NCBI GenBank assembly: GCA_017939795.1
Contig: JAGBAA010000102.1
Span: 1-64,000, forward strand
DNA: 64,000 nucleotides
Reading direction: 5' to 3'
Source: Thermoguttaceae bacterium
GTDB lineage: Bacteria > Planctomycetota > Planctomycetia > Pirellulales > Thermoguttaceae
Below are positions 1-9,698 of the stretch, piece after piece; position 1 is the stretch's first letter; the number at the start of each line of letters is the position of its first letter. Under the pieces are notes generated by a model. That model worked only from the letters and a program-made list of their open reading frames with translations. It ran no database searches and had not been told where the DNA came from. The position numbers and the translations under genes are program-made.

Positions 1-80
1 AGCTCGGAAAACGCGAGTATCGCACCGGTCATGGCGAACGCGGTGAGTGCGTGACGAAGTTTCGTTGTGTTTGTTTTCAT
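1..80 (-). CDS. N-terminal 26 codons (MKTNTTKLRHALTAFAMTGAILAFSEL...) of a third Pmp-repeat/PEP-CTERM paralog; the gene runs off the left edge of the window
   Basis: Reverse complement of 1-80 translates to a signal peptide nearly identical to those of the genes at 362-2356 and 11415-14449 (MKTNTN...). The same conserved 5' leader follows at 81-175. Confidence 0.6.
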   Translation of the reverse strand, partial: MKTNTTKLRHALTAFAMTGAILAFSE

Positions 81-151
81 GGTTTTACCTTATTTAATGA
101 AACATTTGAAGATCCCGGATGTCTGACTTGTTTTCGTTTCACCAATCAAAA

Positions 152-172
152 CAGTAAAACGGAATACACCGG
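152..172 (-). promoter_or_regulatory. Conserved leader motif (coding-strand CCGGTGTATTCCGTTTTACTG) at -72..-92 of the partial Pmp-like paralog
   Basis: The same motif sits at the same distance upstream of the starts at 2356 and 11415. The remainder of the ~95-nt leader is also conserved with the 11415 gene. Confidence 0.5.
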
Positions 173-280
173 ACTGAGGATAAAATCGAGAATTTTTGGG
201 GATATTATGAAAAAATTTACCCATGTCATCAATTCCCCCCCCCCCCGCAAATTAACAGACCACTAAAGTTTACATTTTCG

Positions 281-327
281 ATAAAAAAACAGGACGGACA
301 GTGTGCCGAAGCACGATCTGCCCGCCC
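281..327 (-). terminator. Rho-independent terminator for the 362-2356 gene (conserved hairpin GGGCGGGCAG...CTGTCCGTCC plus U-run)
   Basis: Read on the minus strand: hairpin gggcgggcagatcgtgcttcggcacactgtccgtcc followed by tgttttttta. It is nearly identical to the element at 14481-14527. Confidence 0.6.
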
Positions 328-361
328 TGCAACGAGGTAATGTATTAGAAGTTAGTGCCGT

Positions 362-2356
362 TTATTTCTTCGCTTTGCGATTCTTCCGCGCGACACCGAA
401 GATGCCGAGTCCGCCGAGGACCAGAAGTGCCCAGGTCGTCGGTTCCGGAACCGTGTTGTCCATGATGTTGGCCGTCACGAATTGGAGCGACGCATCGCCG
501 TTAAATCCGGAGAAATCCCAGATGAACGAGTCGGTCGACATGATTTCGAACGGACTGTCGAGCCGCACGCTGACATAACCGGTGCCGACGGCCGTTTTCA
601 AACCCGTTTCCTCGCCGAGCCAGTTCGCGAACGCATTCAGGTCGATGTCTTTTCCGTCCACGATAAGGCTGAAGTTGTGGACTTCCAGCGAATCGGACTT
701 GCCGAAATCAATCCCGACCAGTTCACTGCCCTGAACCGGCGCGGAACCGTAAGTCGTACCGTCTTTATCCTGTTTGATCGTCACGGCCGTCTTACCGTCG
801 ACGTTGGCATTGGTCATGAGATTTCCGTTCGTAATGTTGACCGTTCCTGCTTTTCCGCCGTCGATGAGCGTCACGGTATCGCCGTCCATCGCACCGACGG
901 TGAAGCCGTTCAGATCAACATTCACGGTACCGGTGAAGGAATCCGCCTTGAGAGTGCTGAAACCATGATCGCCGGGGTCCGCCGTGAAATTCGCGGTCGT
1001 GTTCGTCATCGTGAGCTTGCCGGCGAAGTCCACATTTCCTTCGAGATTCAGCGTCGCATTGTCGACCGTCAGTGTCGCATCGTCATTCACCGTCAGCTGC
1101 GATCCATTCTCAAACGTTACGTTTGCGCCGTTGGAAAGTACCATTTTCCCTCGAACTGTCGTAATGGAGCCGGATTTCATCGTGACGGTCGCTTCATCGA
1201 CTTTCAGTGTAAAGGCATTGATCCCGCCGTCAAAAGTGTACGTTCCGGCATCCGCGAAGGAAACGAGACCTCCGTAGATGTCGTTGGGGGCCGGTGCAAG
1301 TCCCTTTTCCACGTTTTCAAACGTATTTCCTTCGAAAACCGCTGTCGAACCGTCGCCCGTGAAGTAAACGCTGGAACTGGTATAGATCGCTCCGGCACCA
1401 TATTTACCGGCGATCGTGTTGTTCTTGAACTCCGTCGTTCCAGAAATCGTAATGGTCCAGCCGGCGATGACACTTCCGTCATGATAAGCGACACCTGGTC
1501 CGGTATTTTTGACGCCGTAGACGGTATTATTATTGAACTGATTGTTTCCGGAGATAGTAAAATTATTTGGAGAGTCAATAACGGCAGTTCCACGGTCCGC
1601 GGAGTTATAATTAAAAACGTTCGTCCCTTCGATGATCGCATTGCAGCTGTTCCCGGTGAATGTCGCGATCACGTCTCCATCTACCGCGTAGTTGTTCGTG
1701 AAGACGTTGCTGCCGCGGATGACCAGATCGGGAACTTCATATCCAGAACGATAAGCGACTCTGAAGATCGCTCCAGAATCGTCGGTCGCCTTGTTGCCGT
1801 CAAACACAAAGTTGCCGTCGACCTCAACACCGCCGCCGTATGTGCAGATCACAGAATTGGCCGCTGCTGAAATGTTGAGGAACTGCATATTCCCGGTCAA
1901 TTTCACACCGCGTTCAGCCGCAATGAAACCGCCTTTCTGACCGAATTCGCCAAATCCATTTTTGATGATGATGTCTTCCCCATGAAAATTCACCGTTCCG
2001 GGAACATCTTCTTTGACATTATGGAAGATAAGGCGATTTTCATTATTCAGGTCGATCGTTCTCCATGTGCCGGGAGTGTCCGACTTCACCGTGAATACGG
2101 GATTCAGATTCGCGTCCGGACTTCCGCTGGTGTAGACGATCTTCAGGTTGCCCGGTTCCACAATGTCGGAAGAAATGATCGCGGTATTACCGTTCAGGCT
2201 GTCTTGGACCGCATTGAGGCTCGTACCCGCCGCGATCTGGGTCCCGTTGGTGTCCAGTACCGTGACCTGAGCACAGAGGTCAGCGATCGGCATCACCGCG
2301 CCGGTCAGAACGAATGCTGTAAGTGCACGGCGAAGTTTGTTCGTATTAGTTTTCAT
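362..2356 (-). CDS. PEP-CTERM-anchored secreted protein with polymorphic-membrane-protein (Pmp)-type GGAI/FxxN parallel beta-helix repeats
   Basis: 664-aa ORF with an N-terminal signal peptide and repeated G-G-[AG]-I and FxxN motifs. The C-terminus VPEPTTWALLVLGGLGIFGVARKNRKAKK is a PEP-CTERM sorting signal. The C-terminal ~200 aa are near-identical to the ORF at 11415-14449. Confidence 0.85.
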   Translation of the reverse strand: MKTNTNKLRRALTAFVLTGAVMPIADLCAQVTVLDTNGTQIAAGTSLNAVQDSLNGNTAIISSDIVEPGNLKIVYTSGSPDANLNPVFTVKSDTPGTWRTIDLNNENRLIFHNVKEDVPGTVNFHGEDIIIKNGFGEFGQKGGFIAAERGVKLTGNMQFLNISAAANSVICTYGGGVEVDGNFVFDGNKATDDSGAIFRVAYRSGYEVPDLVIRGSNVFTNNYAVDGDVIATFTGNSCNAIIEGTNVFNYNSADRGTAVIDSPNNFTISGNNQFNNNTVYGVKNTGPGVAYHDGSVIAGWTITISGTTEFKNNTIAGKYGAGAIYTSSSVYFTGDGSTAVFEGNTFENVEKGLAPAPNDIYGGLVSFADAGTYTFDGGINAFTLKVDEATVTMKSGSITTVRGKMVLSNGANVTFENGSQLTVNDDATLTVDNATLNLEGNVDFAGKLTMTNTTANFTADPGDHGFSTLKADSFTGTVNVDLNGFTVGAMDGDTVTLIDGGKAGTVNITNGNLMTNANVDGKTAVTIKQDKDGTTYGSAPVQGSELVGIDFGKSDSLEVHNFSLIVDGKDIDLNAFANWLGEETGLKTAVGTGYVSVRLDSPFEIMSTDSFIWDFSGFNGDASLQFVTANIMDNTVPEPTTWALLVLGGLGIFGVARKNRKAKK

Positions 2357-2427
2357 GGTTTTAGCTCACTTTGTGATTTTACATCTGATTCCAGATACTG
2401 GAATTATTTCTGTTTCGCAAATCGAAA

Positions 2428-2448
2428 CTGTAAAACGGAACATTCCGA
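2428..2448 (-). promoter_or_regulatory. Conserved leader motif (coding-strand TCGGAATGTTCCGTTTTACAG) at -72..-92 of the gene starting at 2356
   Basis: Shared with the elements at 152-172 and 11322-11343. A 6-3-6 inverted repeat ttccagATActggaa lies between the motif and the ATG (~2380-2394). Confidence 0.5.
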
Positions 2449-2721
2449 AACTGCGGTTTGTTATCGTAAAAGCATCTTCAATTTTTAAAAATTCCTATTG
2501 GCGCTTGTATAAGTTGTGTTTTAAACAGGGTTTATGTGATTGTGAGAGTTCGGAAAACTGAAAATATCAGAATGAAAGAAAGAACCTGTAAATTGGGGGA
2601 AAAGTGAATAAATGGAAAAAACGGAATCTTCAAATTAAAAACTGACGGTCTATGTTCAGACTGCCTGGCCGTTCTGAAATCTTGAGATTCTTTTAAAAGA
2701 AAGAACCAAAGAAAAAGCGGA

Positions 2722-2765
2722 TTTTAAAAACAAAACGGACGGAGTGCCGAAACACATTCCGTCCG
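2722..2765 (-). terminator. REP-like hairpin with U-tract (cggacggagtgccgaaacacattccgtccg), the same family as the 281-327 and 14481-14527 hairpins
   Basis: Inverted repeat cggacgga/tccgtccg with a gtgccgaaac loop core, followed on the minus strand by a T-rich run. No gene is directly upstream, so it may be a repeated intergenic element rather than a functional terminator. Confidence 0.4.
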
Positions 2766-2983
2766 CTTTGCCGAGGTAAAATATCGAGAATGAAAAATCA
2801 TTAAATTCGCTTTTTGGTCCCGCCGAAGCGGTAAGTTTCAAAGGACCTTTCGTCTTTGATATTTGGTTGATCGGACGAATTTAGAAAAAACTTAAAAATA
2901 AATAAGTTGCCTCTACAACACGTCTTATCGTTTCATTGAAAACAGTTCAAAATATTGGTGCGATTCGTGTTTAAGAAATTTTT

Positions 2984-3030
2984 GGAAAAAAAAGAACGGA
3001 CGGAATATTGCATATATCCAGTCCGTTCCG
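2984..3030 (-). terminator. Rho-independent terminator downstream of the CcsBA-like ORF
   Basis: Minus-strand hairpin gaacggac...gtccgttc (2994-3028) followed by a ttttttttcc run (plus-strand A-run 2984-2993), ~35 nt after the stop at 3063. Confidence 0.6.
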
Positions 3031-3062
3031 TTTCATTCATCCAACAGGAAGAAACGGGAAAA

Positions 3063-6000
3063 CTATCTCTTGCGGGTCATCCAGGAACAGCGAATGACTG
3101 CCGCAAGGATCAGGACGAAATTCAGCCCCGCAATGAGTCCTCCGTAGAAAAGCGACCCTGTTCCTGCACCGTAGCCGTGAAGTGCGCTTCCCATGACGTA
3201 ATTGACCCCATACCATGCCATGATGATCGCGAACGCGCCAAGTACCGCCCCAATGGCGAGCGTGAACTCTCCGAGAAGGCGTACGTACCGCGCGTGGAGG
3301 ATCAGCAGGTAGACGAACAGCGAAATGAGCGCCCAGACTTCCTTTCTGTCCCAGCTCCAGAAACGTCCCCACGAAACGTCCGCCCAGAGTCCGCCTAAAA
3401 TCGTCCCGACGACCAGAAGCAGGACGGCCGCCTGCATGCATCGGTAAAGGAGCTCGGAAAGCGTGGAGCAGATCTCCGGAGGTCGTCGTTCTCCGTCAGG
3501 CATCGTACGGTAGCGTCCGAAAAGATAGCAGAGAAGCGCCCCGTCCGCAAGCCCCCATGCCAGCATTCCTGCACCGTAACTCGCGACGATGGTGACGACG
3601 TGGACCGCGAGCCAGTAATTGTCCCGCAGGATCGGTGCGAGATTGCGGAGATCCGGCTTAAAGACGTCCGGGAAGGAAACCGAAACGTACGAAATGACGA
3701 ACACGACCAATGCCGCAGCCGCCGCAAAAAACGGACGCTGGGAACGCTGTGTCTCAAGCCGGACGGTATCGTCATCGGTCCAGGAGTCTTTTTTCATACA
3801 GAGGAAGGCACCCGCGACCGGAGCCAGAATGAAAAGCGGCGCCCACCAGAGAAACGCAGCCAGCATGAGGATCCCGCTGAACCATTCGATCCACGCGGAA
3901 AGCGACGGAAAGGCCGCTCCTACCGCACACGCAGGCGTCAGGTGGATCGCTGTGTACCCCGAACCGCTTCCCAGCCCGTAGAAACAGAGGACCCAGAAAA
4001 GGAGCGCCGCCGTCAGAATGCGCAGTGTCCAGAACGTTCCGCGAAATGCGGAAGAGGAAAGTTCATTCTTTCCGGTGAATTTTACCGACGCCCAGCCGAG
4101 TGAGACCATGCGCGCAAATGTCGTCCGGAACGTCAGCGCGATCCCGAAAACGCCCGCCGACCACGCAACGAATACGATGGTCTCGAACATATTCGTGACC
4201 GGCGCACGGTTCATGATCATCGACCTCAGCGTCAGACCGGCCGTCGAAGCAAGAACTCCGGCTGAAAGCAGCGACAGTCCCATCCAGAAGGAAAGATTTC
4301 CAAACCGTCGGAAAACCGAGACGGACATTTCGGAATCCGGTTCCTTTTCCGCTTTGCGCAGGAGAAGCTCAAAGACGGAGGAGGCTCCGAGAATGAGCAT
4401 CCCGGCAAACGGCAGGATCCACGCCCACGTGAATGGACGCAGCCGGCTGTATGCGGTCTCGAGCTTCATTTTGGAGTCGTCCGCAGGATAAAGAGTCGAC
4501 GTCAGTGCGTCTTCATCCAATTCCTCCGGCGGAAGTACCTGAGAGCGAGCTGCGTCCAGGACTCCGGCCGTCTCGCGGAGCTGTGCGGCAAACTGAACGG
4601 AGGCGGAACGGAATTTTTCCGGGTCGTTCCCCTTCCAGGCATTCGCCATCGCTTGGAATGTCTCGCGGATCGCCAGCATCTCCGTTCTCGCGGTTTCAGG
4701 CCAGTTTTTCGCGAAACCGTTTTCCAGATCGCCAAAACGCAGCGCGTTGAGACTCACCCACGGCTGCGCGTGAAGCTCGAAACTCTTTCCAAAGACCTGC
4801 ACGCTCTCCGTCCGGTCTCTGTCCAGCGGAGTTCGCTCGACTGCGGGAAGGATACAGATGCCCTGATCCTCATCGAAAAGCGAGTACTGCAGCGCGGCGG
4901 TGCATGCCGCAAAATTCCGCATCGAAACGCGGCTCACGACGAGCCATGAGTACCATTCGGCATCCGTTTCCGAAAGCGTTTCCGGAAGTTTCGCTCTTGC
5001 ACTCCGGCACCACGCATCCAGAGAGGGAAGGATCTCGTCTGCGGACGCCCGCAGCTCTGCCAGCTTTTTGGAGATCAGCGCGATCCGCTCCTCCGAAGTT
5101 CCTGGCCCAACACTTCGGTCAAGAGCCGCCCGAAGTGCATCAAACGCCTTCGCCGTCCTGCGCAGAGCTTCGAAAAGCGTCCGTTCCGGAGAATCTTTTT
5201 CCATGCACGTGAGGAGAAAATCCCACTGTTCGCTGGAAATGCGTCCGGATGCTAAAGCGGAATTCAATTCAACGGCCGGCGAAATATTTCTCCAGCCCAT
5301 CGCCATCTTCTGGAACGTCGCCGGGGCACGCTGGAGCATGACCGTCAGGAGCTGAACATCCAGCGGCTGACTTGGGCCCATCGCATGGTGGAGCACGCCG
5401 TGCCAGCAGTCGGAAAGCTCCGTGAATTTTGTGTAGAATTCCTGTCCGAGCGGGACTGATTCCAGGAATTTGCCGTCCAGCCAATAACAGTAGACCTGAA
5501 GCGCCATTTCCAGGTGCTCCATTTCCTGAACTGTTTGCTGGTCTGCATTTTTCAGAGCATCCTGGAATGCCGTCTGTTTCTCCTGGATCGCCGTCAAAAT
5601 CTCCAGCGGTGCCGCGTAAATATACGGAGCTTCTCCCTCCGGAGCCGTCGGAAGTCCCAGCACCCTGCGCATTTCCGTATTTGCGAAATAGATGAACGGA
5701 ACGTGTTTCCAGAGCTGCGGGAACTCACGGAGTGCTGCATAAAGCTCCGCAGACGTGAATTTTCTGGTCGGCTGGTCGGGGATCTGGAGCTTTTCGCGGA
5801 TCTCCGCAAGCTCCTCTGCCGAAATCTTTTCCAGGACTGCACCGCGCAGCGAAAGTTCCGGCTCATAGCTTCCGCAGAACATGAAGATCAGATTCTGCGA
5901 CAGATACGAAACCGTCACGGGCTGCCCCATGTACTGAATATGTGCCGAATCCCGAAGTGCTGAGTCGTGCTCCGGAGTCAGATTCCGGACCGGGCTGGAA

Positions 6001-8186
6001 ATCAGACGCAGCCAGGTGACGTAGCGGTTTTCGAGCGTCTCGAGTTTCTTTTTCGTCTCAAGACTGACTTGCCGGGTCTCCGTCAGCCGAGCAAATTCGC
6101 TCCCGGACCGGATCCCTTTTTCGCGGAGCGATCTCAATGCAGTCTCTGCATTTTCCAACTCCTGAAGCGACTCGCCGTACCGGGTCTGAAAGCTGACCGA
6201 GTTGAATGTTTCTGAAAATTCCCGCGGCGAAATATGCGTGCGTCCGTTTCCGGAAGCATCCGGTACCGGAAGGTCAAGCATTCGGCAGACTTCCGTACCG
6301 CCGAGCGGCAGGAACGGCACGTCGTTCCAGATTTCCGGTTCAACGATCCACGAAAAAAGGATCTCCGAGGCCTGGAATTTCCGCCGTGTGCCATCCGCCA
6401 TGGTGATTCTGGGAGCTTCTTTTCCGCAGATCAGACGCACGTGTGTCCGTGCCAGCGCATCCAGCGGCATGAGCCGGCCGTCGCGGCAGATCGGAAGCTG
6501 TGCCCAGGCACGGAAGTCGAAATCTTTCCGCGCAGACCAATCGGCTTTCGGTTCCGTGGAAGTCAGGTTTTCTGCCGGAGTCTGGGGTTCGGCTGTCTGT
6601 GCGAATGCCGTGCCGGGAATCGCCAGGAGGGCAGCTGCAAGGAGGATGGAGAGGAGTTTTTTCATGGAAGGCTCCTGGGGTTCTTTCTGATCTTCCGCGG
6701 ATCTGGACTTTTCCTGCCGTCCGAAGAAGTAGGCTTTCATTGAAAACATGATGCCGATCCCCAGAACGATGAGGAGGCATCCAAGGTAGATCCAGCCTCT
6801 TCCGGGAGAGTAGTGGACGGTGAATGTCGAAACGTAGAATTGGTCGCGCTCTCCCTCTTTTCCTTTTAAATTTAAATGCGGACCGTTGAACGAGGTCTGG
6901 AAAAGACGCCAGACCTGTCCGGTGCCCGGCTCGTAAAGGTCGATGGGCTGGTTCATCATGACGTGAAGATCTTTTGCGATCTCCTTCGTCGGATCCGCTT
7001 TGTCGAGGAGCGTTACGTCGCTGGAGTAGTGCGATGCCATGGAGGTTCCCGGGTCGAGCCGATTGTGGAATCGCTCAAGCCGAAGCGCGAAATTCAGATC
7101 CAGCGTATCCTGTGCGAAAATCAGCTGAACATCCGATCCTTTGGCAGTTTTCCAGCGGAAAACGGTCTTTTGCGCTTCGTCCGGGAGATTCTTTTCGATG
7201 CCGTCTGGAGCGAAAAAGTCGAACTGGCGGAGCCAGAATTCCTGAGCCTCGCCGTCCATCGTGATGCGCATTTTGACCCAGGCAGGCCAACGTGCGAGTT
7301 TCTGTTTCATTTCCATTTTGGAGAGTTTTCCATCGGTTCCGGGATTTCCTCCGGCATGTGCGGCTTCCCACGCAAATTTCTCTGCTGCGGCAGGTTCCCA
7401 GGCGGGCGTTTGGCCGGATACGGCATTTTCGGCAGACGGTTTTGGAGCAGGGGTATTTGGATCGCCGGCACGAAGGTAATCGAGTACTTCTACACGGCAG
7501 AAACTTCCATTCATGGAGCCGGAGTAAAGAACGTCGCCTGGATGATTGCGGTAGAGGAACGTTTTGGAAAGTCCCCACGGAAGGCGCGGCAATGTCTCTT
7601 TCACGCCCCAGCTCATGAGGTCCGGACCGTAGAAACGCCACGAAAAAGGACCGGGTTTGAAATCCAGGGTGCGGCGAAAGGTCTGGATCCCGGGAGCGTC
7701 GGCGGGAGATGCGGAAACGTTTGGCTGGGAGATCCGCAGGTCGAAGTGAACTTTTCCTGGGCAGACGGCGACGGAGTTGGTCTCGCCCTCTGCGATAGAC
7801 AGATAGCCGGACTGCGAGTACTCAAAATCGACCCAGCATCCGAGCAGGAGGACCAGGATCCCAAGATGCGTCACGAGGAAACCCGTCTGGTATTTTTTCC
7901 ACGGAAAGCGGAGCAGGGCACTGAACAGGACGCTCAGGCCGAGAAATGCGCAGAGCGACATGAACCAGCCTGCATGATAGACTGCCCAGGAACTGGCGTC
8001 ATCGCCGAACTGCATTCCCCAGAATGTCGCGAAAGCCATGAAGACGGCGAGGATCAGGATCAGCACGATCGCAAAAAACATCGAGCCGATGACGCGTGCC
8101 GGGAGAAGGTACGGACTGGTTTTCCAACTGCGGGAAACGTTCGTCGAAGACAGGGAGGTCTTTTCGTTCTTTTTTTCGTTTTTCAT
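3063..8186 (-). CDS. ccsBA: Fused cytochrome c-type biogenesis protein: ResB/CcsB-like N-terminal module, ~700-aa central domain of unknown function, and C-terminal CcsA (heme-handling, WWD motif) module
   Basis: One uninterrupted frame (the track ORF runs to 8285; the MKNEKK start at 8186 has an AGGAA RBS). Residues ~1-540 have ResB-like topology (TM, large periplasmic domain, TM). An internal signal-like helix MKKLLSILLAAALLAIPGTAFA lies at ~6597-6665. The C-terminal ~467 aa (from 4468) carry the CcsA tryptophan-rich WGRFWSWDRKE motif (~3340-3400) and conserved His-containing TM helices. Confidence 0.8.
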   Translation of the reverse strand: MKNEKKNEKTSLSSTNVSRSWKTSPYLLPARVIGSMFFAIVLILILAVFMAFATFWGMQFGDDASSWAVYHAGWFMSLCAFLGLSVLFSALLRFPWKKYQTGFLVTHLGILVLLLGCWVDFEYSQSGYLSIAEGETNSVAVCPGKVHFDLRISQPNVSASPADAPGIQTFRRTLDFKPGPFSWRFYGPDLMSWGVKETLPRLPWGLSKTFLYRNHPGDVLYSGSMNGSFCRVEVLDYLRAGDPNTPAPKPSAENAVSGQTPAWEPAAAEKFAWEAAHAGGNPGTDGKLSKMEMKQKLARWPAWVKMRITMDGEAQEFWLRQFDFFAPDGIEKNLPDEAQKTVFRWKTAKGSDVQLIFAQDTLDLNFALRLERFHNRLDPGTSMASHYSSDVTLLDKADPTKEIAKDLHVMMNQPIDLYEPGTGQVWRLFQTSFNGPHLNLKGKEGERDQFYVSTFTVHYSPGRGWIYLGCLLIVLGIGIMFSMKAYFFGRQEKSRSAEDQKEPQEPSMKKLLSILLAAALLAIPGTAFAQTAEPQTPAENLTSTEPKADWSARKDFDFRAWAQLPICRDGRLMPLDALARTHVRLICGKEAPRITMADGTRRKFQASEILFSWIVEPEIWNDVPFLPLGGTEVCRMLDLPVPDASGNGRTHISPREFSETFNSVSFQTRYGESLQELENAETALRSLREKGIRSGSEFARLTETRQVSLETKKKLETLENRYVTWLRLISSPVRNLTPEHDSALRDSAHIQYMGQPVTVSYLSQNLIFMFCGSYEPELSLRGAVLEKISAEELAEIREKLQIPDQPTRKFTSAELYAALREFPQLWKHVPFIYFANTEMRRVLGLPTAPEGEAPYIYAAPLEILTAIQEKQTAFQDALKNADQQTVQEMEHLEMALQVYCYWLDGKFLESVPLGQEFYTKFTELSDCWHGVLHHAMGPSQPLDVQLLTVMLQRAPATFQKMAMGWRNISPAVELNSALASGRISSEQWDFLLTCMEKDSPERTLFEALRRTAKAFDALRAALDRSVGPGTSEERIALISKKLAELRASADEILPSLDAWCRSARAKLPETLSETDAEWYSWLVVSRVSMRNFAACTAALQYSLFDEDQGICILPAVERTPLDRDRTESVQVFGKSFELHAQPWVSLNALRFGDLENGFAKNWPETARTEMLAIRETFQAMANAWKGNDPEKFRSASVQFAAQLRETAGVLDAARSQVLPPEELDEDALTSTLYPADDSKMKLETAYSRLRPFTWAWILPFAGMLILGASSVFELLLRKAEKEPDSEMSVSVFRRFGNLSFWMGLSLLSAGVLASTAGLTLRSMIMNRAPVTNMFETIVFVAWSAGVFGIALTFRTTFARMVSLGWASVKFTGKNELSSSAFRGTFWTLRILTAALLFWVLCFYGLGSGSGYTAIHLTPACAVGAAFPSLSAWIEWFSGILMLAAFLWWAPLFILAPVAGAFLCMKKDSWTDDDTVRLETQRSQRPFFAAAAALVVFVISYVSVSFPDVFKPDLRNLAPILRDNYWLAVHVVTIVASYGAGMLAWGLADGALLCYLFGRYRTMPDGERRPPEICSTLSELLYRCMQAAVLLLVVGTILGGLWADVSWGRFWSWDRKEVWALISLFVYLLILHARYVRLLGEFTLAIGAVLGAFAIIMAWYGVNYVMGSALHGYGAGTGSLFYGGLIAGLNFVLILAAVIRCSWMTRKR

Positions 8187-8320
8187 GCCTTGATTCCTGC
8201 GAAAAGTCAAACTGAACGGATGGGGTATGGGGTACGAATAAAAAGTTGAGGAAAATGAAGGGGATCCAGGGAAAGAAACGGCCAAAATCCGTAAATTTTG
8301 GCCGTTCCGCGATTTCTATT

Positions 8321-9698
8321 TTACTGCTCGTCAGCGTACGGGTTTCGCATTCGAGGCATGAGCTTGCACGCAAGGATGCCGAGCAGGTAAAGGACGATGA
8401 GCGGCAGGCCCATGAGGACCATACTTGTCGGGTCGGCGGGGGTCAGGACCATCGAAAGGAAGGCGATGACCAGGATCGCGACTCGCCAGTAACTCATGTA
8501 CAGCTGCACGGAGCAGACGCCGATGCGTTCAAGGAAGAGCATGACCAGCGGAAGCTGGAAACTGATCCCGAAGCCGATCGGAAGGAAGAGGAAGAATCCG
8601 AGCCACTCGCTGATCCGCGGGTCCGGCGCGATCCCCATCCAGTCGTTGAAGCTGAACAGGTACTGAAGCACCGGCTCGAACACGAAGAAGAACGCCAGGA
8701 AGTTCCCGCCAAGGAACAGTGCGAGCGAGAACGGAAGGAAAACGTGAACGTACCGTTTTTCGTGCGGGTAAAGACCGGCTGCGATGAAGCTCCATATCTG
8801 CCAGAAGATCCACGGACTGGCGATGATCAGGCCGGAGACGAGAGCCGCTTTCAGGTAGATCATGAACGTTTCCTGCACGGCAAAGTTCTTCACCTTCGTG
8901 CGTTCATCCTGTTCTGTCGGGCGCCACAGATAGATCGAGACCAGGCGTGTTTTGTCGCGTTCCGGCTTGATCTCCGGTTTTGCGTCGGCGGTGTCGGCAG
9001 TACCGGCAGTACCGGCCGGAGAGACGGTTTCCGCGGCCGCGGTCTGTTCGGCAGGAACGGCATTTTCTACAGGAGGCGTACTTTCAGCCGGAGTACTTTC
9101 TGCGGATGCAGTTTCTTGTGCTTTTTTCTGTTCTTCGAGGACTGTCTGGGAGACGTCTTCGTTCAGATCGATCCCTTTCTCCGACCAGCTTTCACTGCAC
9201 CACTGTGCCCACTTTTCCAGGTTGAGATAGTCGGCAAACTTCCACTCCTGCGCTTTTGCGAGTGCTTCTTCGGAAGTCAGCGTCTCGCTTCCTTCGTCTC
9301 CCGTCCAATTGCACGGATTGGCGAGGTCTGCGGAAATGTCCTTCACTTCGACGCCGAGCGCCTTGCCGAGTTCGTCCGGGTTGATGAGCACACGTTCGCC
9401 GACCACTTTGTACATCGTGGGCAGAGCCATGATGTCTTCACCGTAGCCGCGCTGGTAGAATTCATCGCGTTTGGAAATGATCTCACTTTCCGTCCGTCCC
9501 TGATAGTACGCCGTCAGTGCGCGTTTCAGCGGGGTCTGAACGAGTTCCACGACATCACCGCCGATGACCAGACCGACAAGAAAACCAACGACCAGACCGG
9601 CGATCGAGCGGATCAGGCAGTTGCGGAGCTCCTCAAGATGCTCACCGAAGGACATGGTACTGTCCTGGAAATAATCGTCTTCATTAATTCTTGACATG
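8321..9698 (-). CDS. tatC: Sec-independent (Tat) translocase subunit TatC with a large insertion in the first periplasmic loop
   Basis: The N-terminal MSFGEHLEELRNCL matches the TatC consensus (hLxELRxRL). The C-terminal TM helices end with TPADPTSMVLMGLPLIVLYLLGI, similar to the TatC TPPD motif. It is 458-471 aa versus ~250 aa typical. An alternative start MQKS is at 9736; the 9698 start has an AAGGAAAC RBS. Confidence 0.8.

Noticed and set aside
51-266. Small + strand ORFs in the Pmp-family leader regions (51-266, 1982-2488, and 11282-11689 on the minus strand) that translate to similar peptides
   Set aside because: Their similarity reflects nucleotide conservation of the paralog leaders, not protein-coding selection. 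They run antisense across the leader and start codon.
482-1870. 462-aa + strand ORF inside the 362-2356 gene
   Set aside because: Antisense shadow of the Pmp-like gene. R/V/D-rich composition with no signal or motif; the opposite strand has a clear PEP-CTERM architecture.
6876-8249. 457-aa + strand ORF (and several 60-190 aa ORFs) overlapping the CcsBA-like gene
   Set aside because: Shadow ORFs typical of high-GC DNA. R/G/E-rich, with no membrane helices, whereas the minus strand encodes ResB/CcsA motifs.
8246-9694. 482-aa + strand ORF overlapping tatC
   Set aside because: Antisense to a well-supported TatC (HLEELR motif, TM helices). Its composition is R/E/D/H-rich low complexity.
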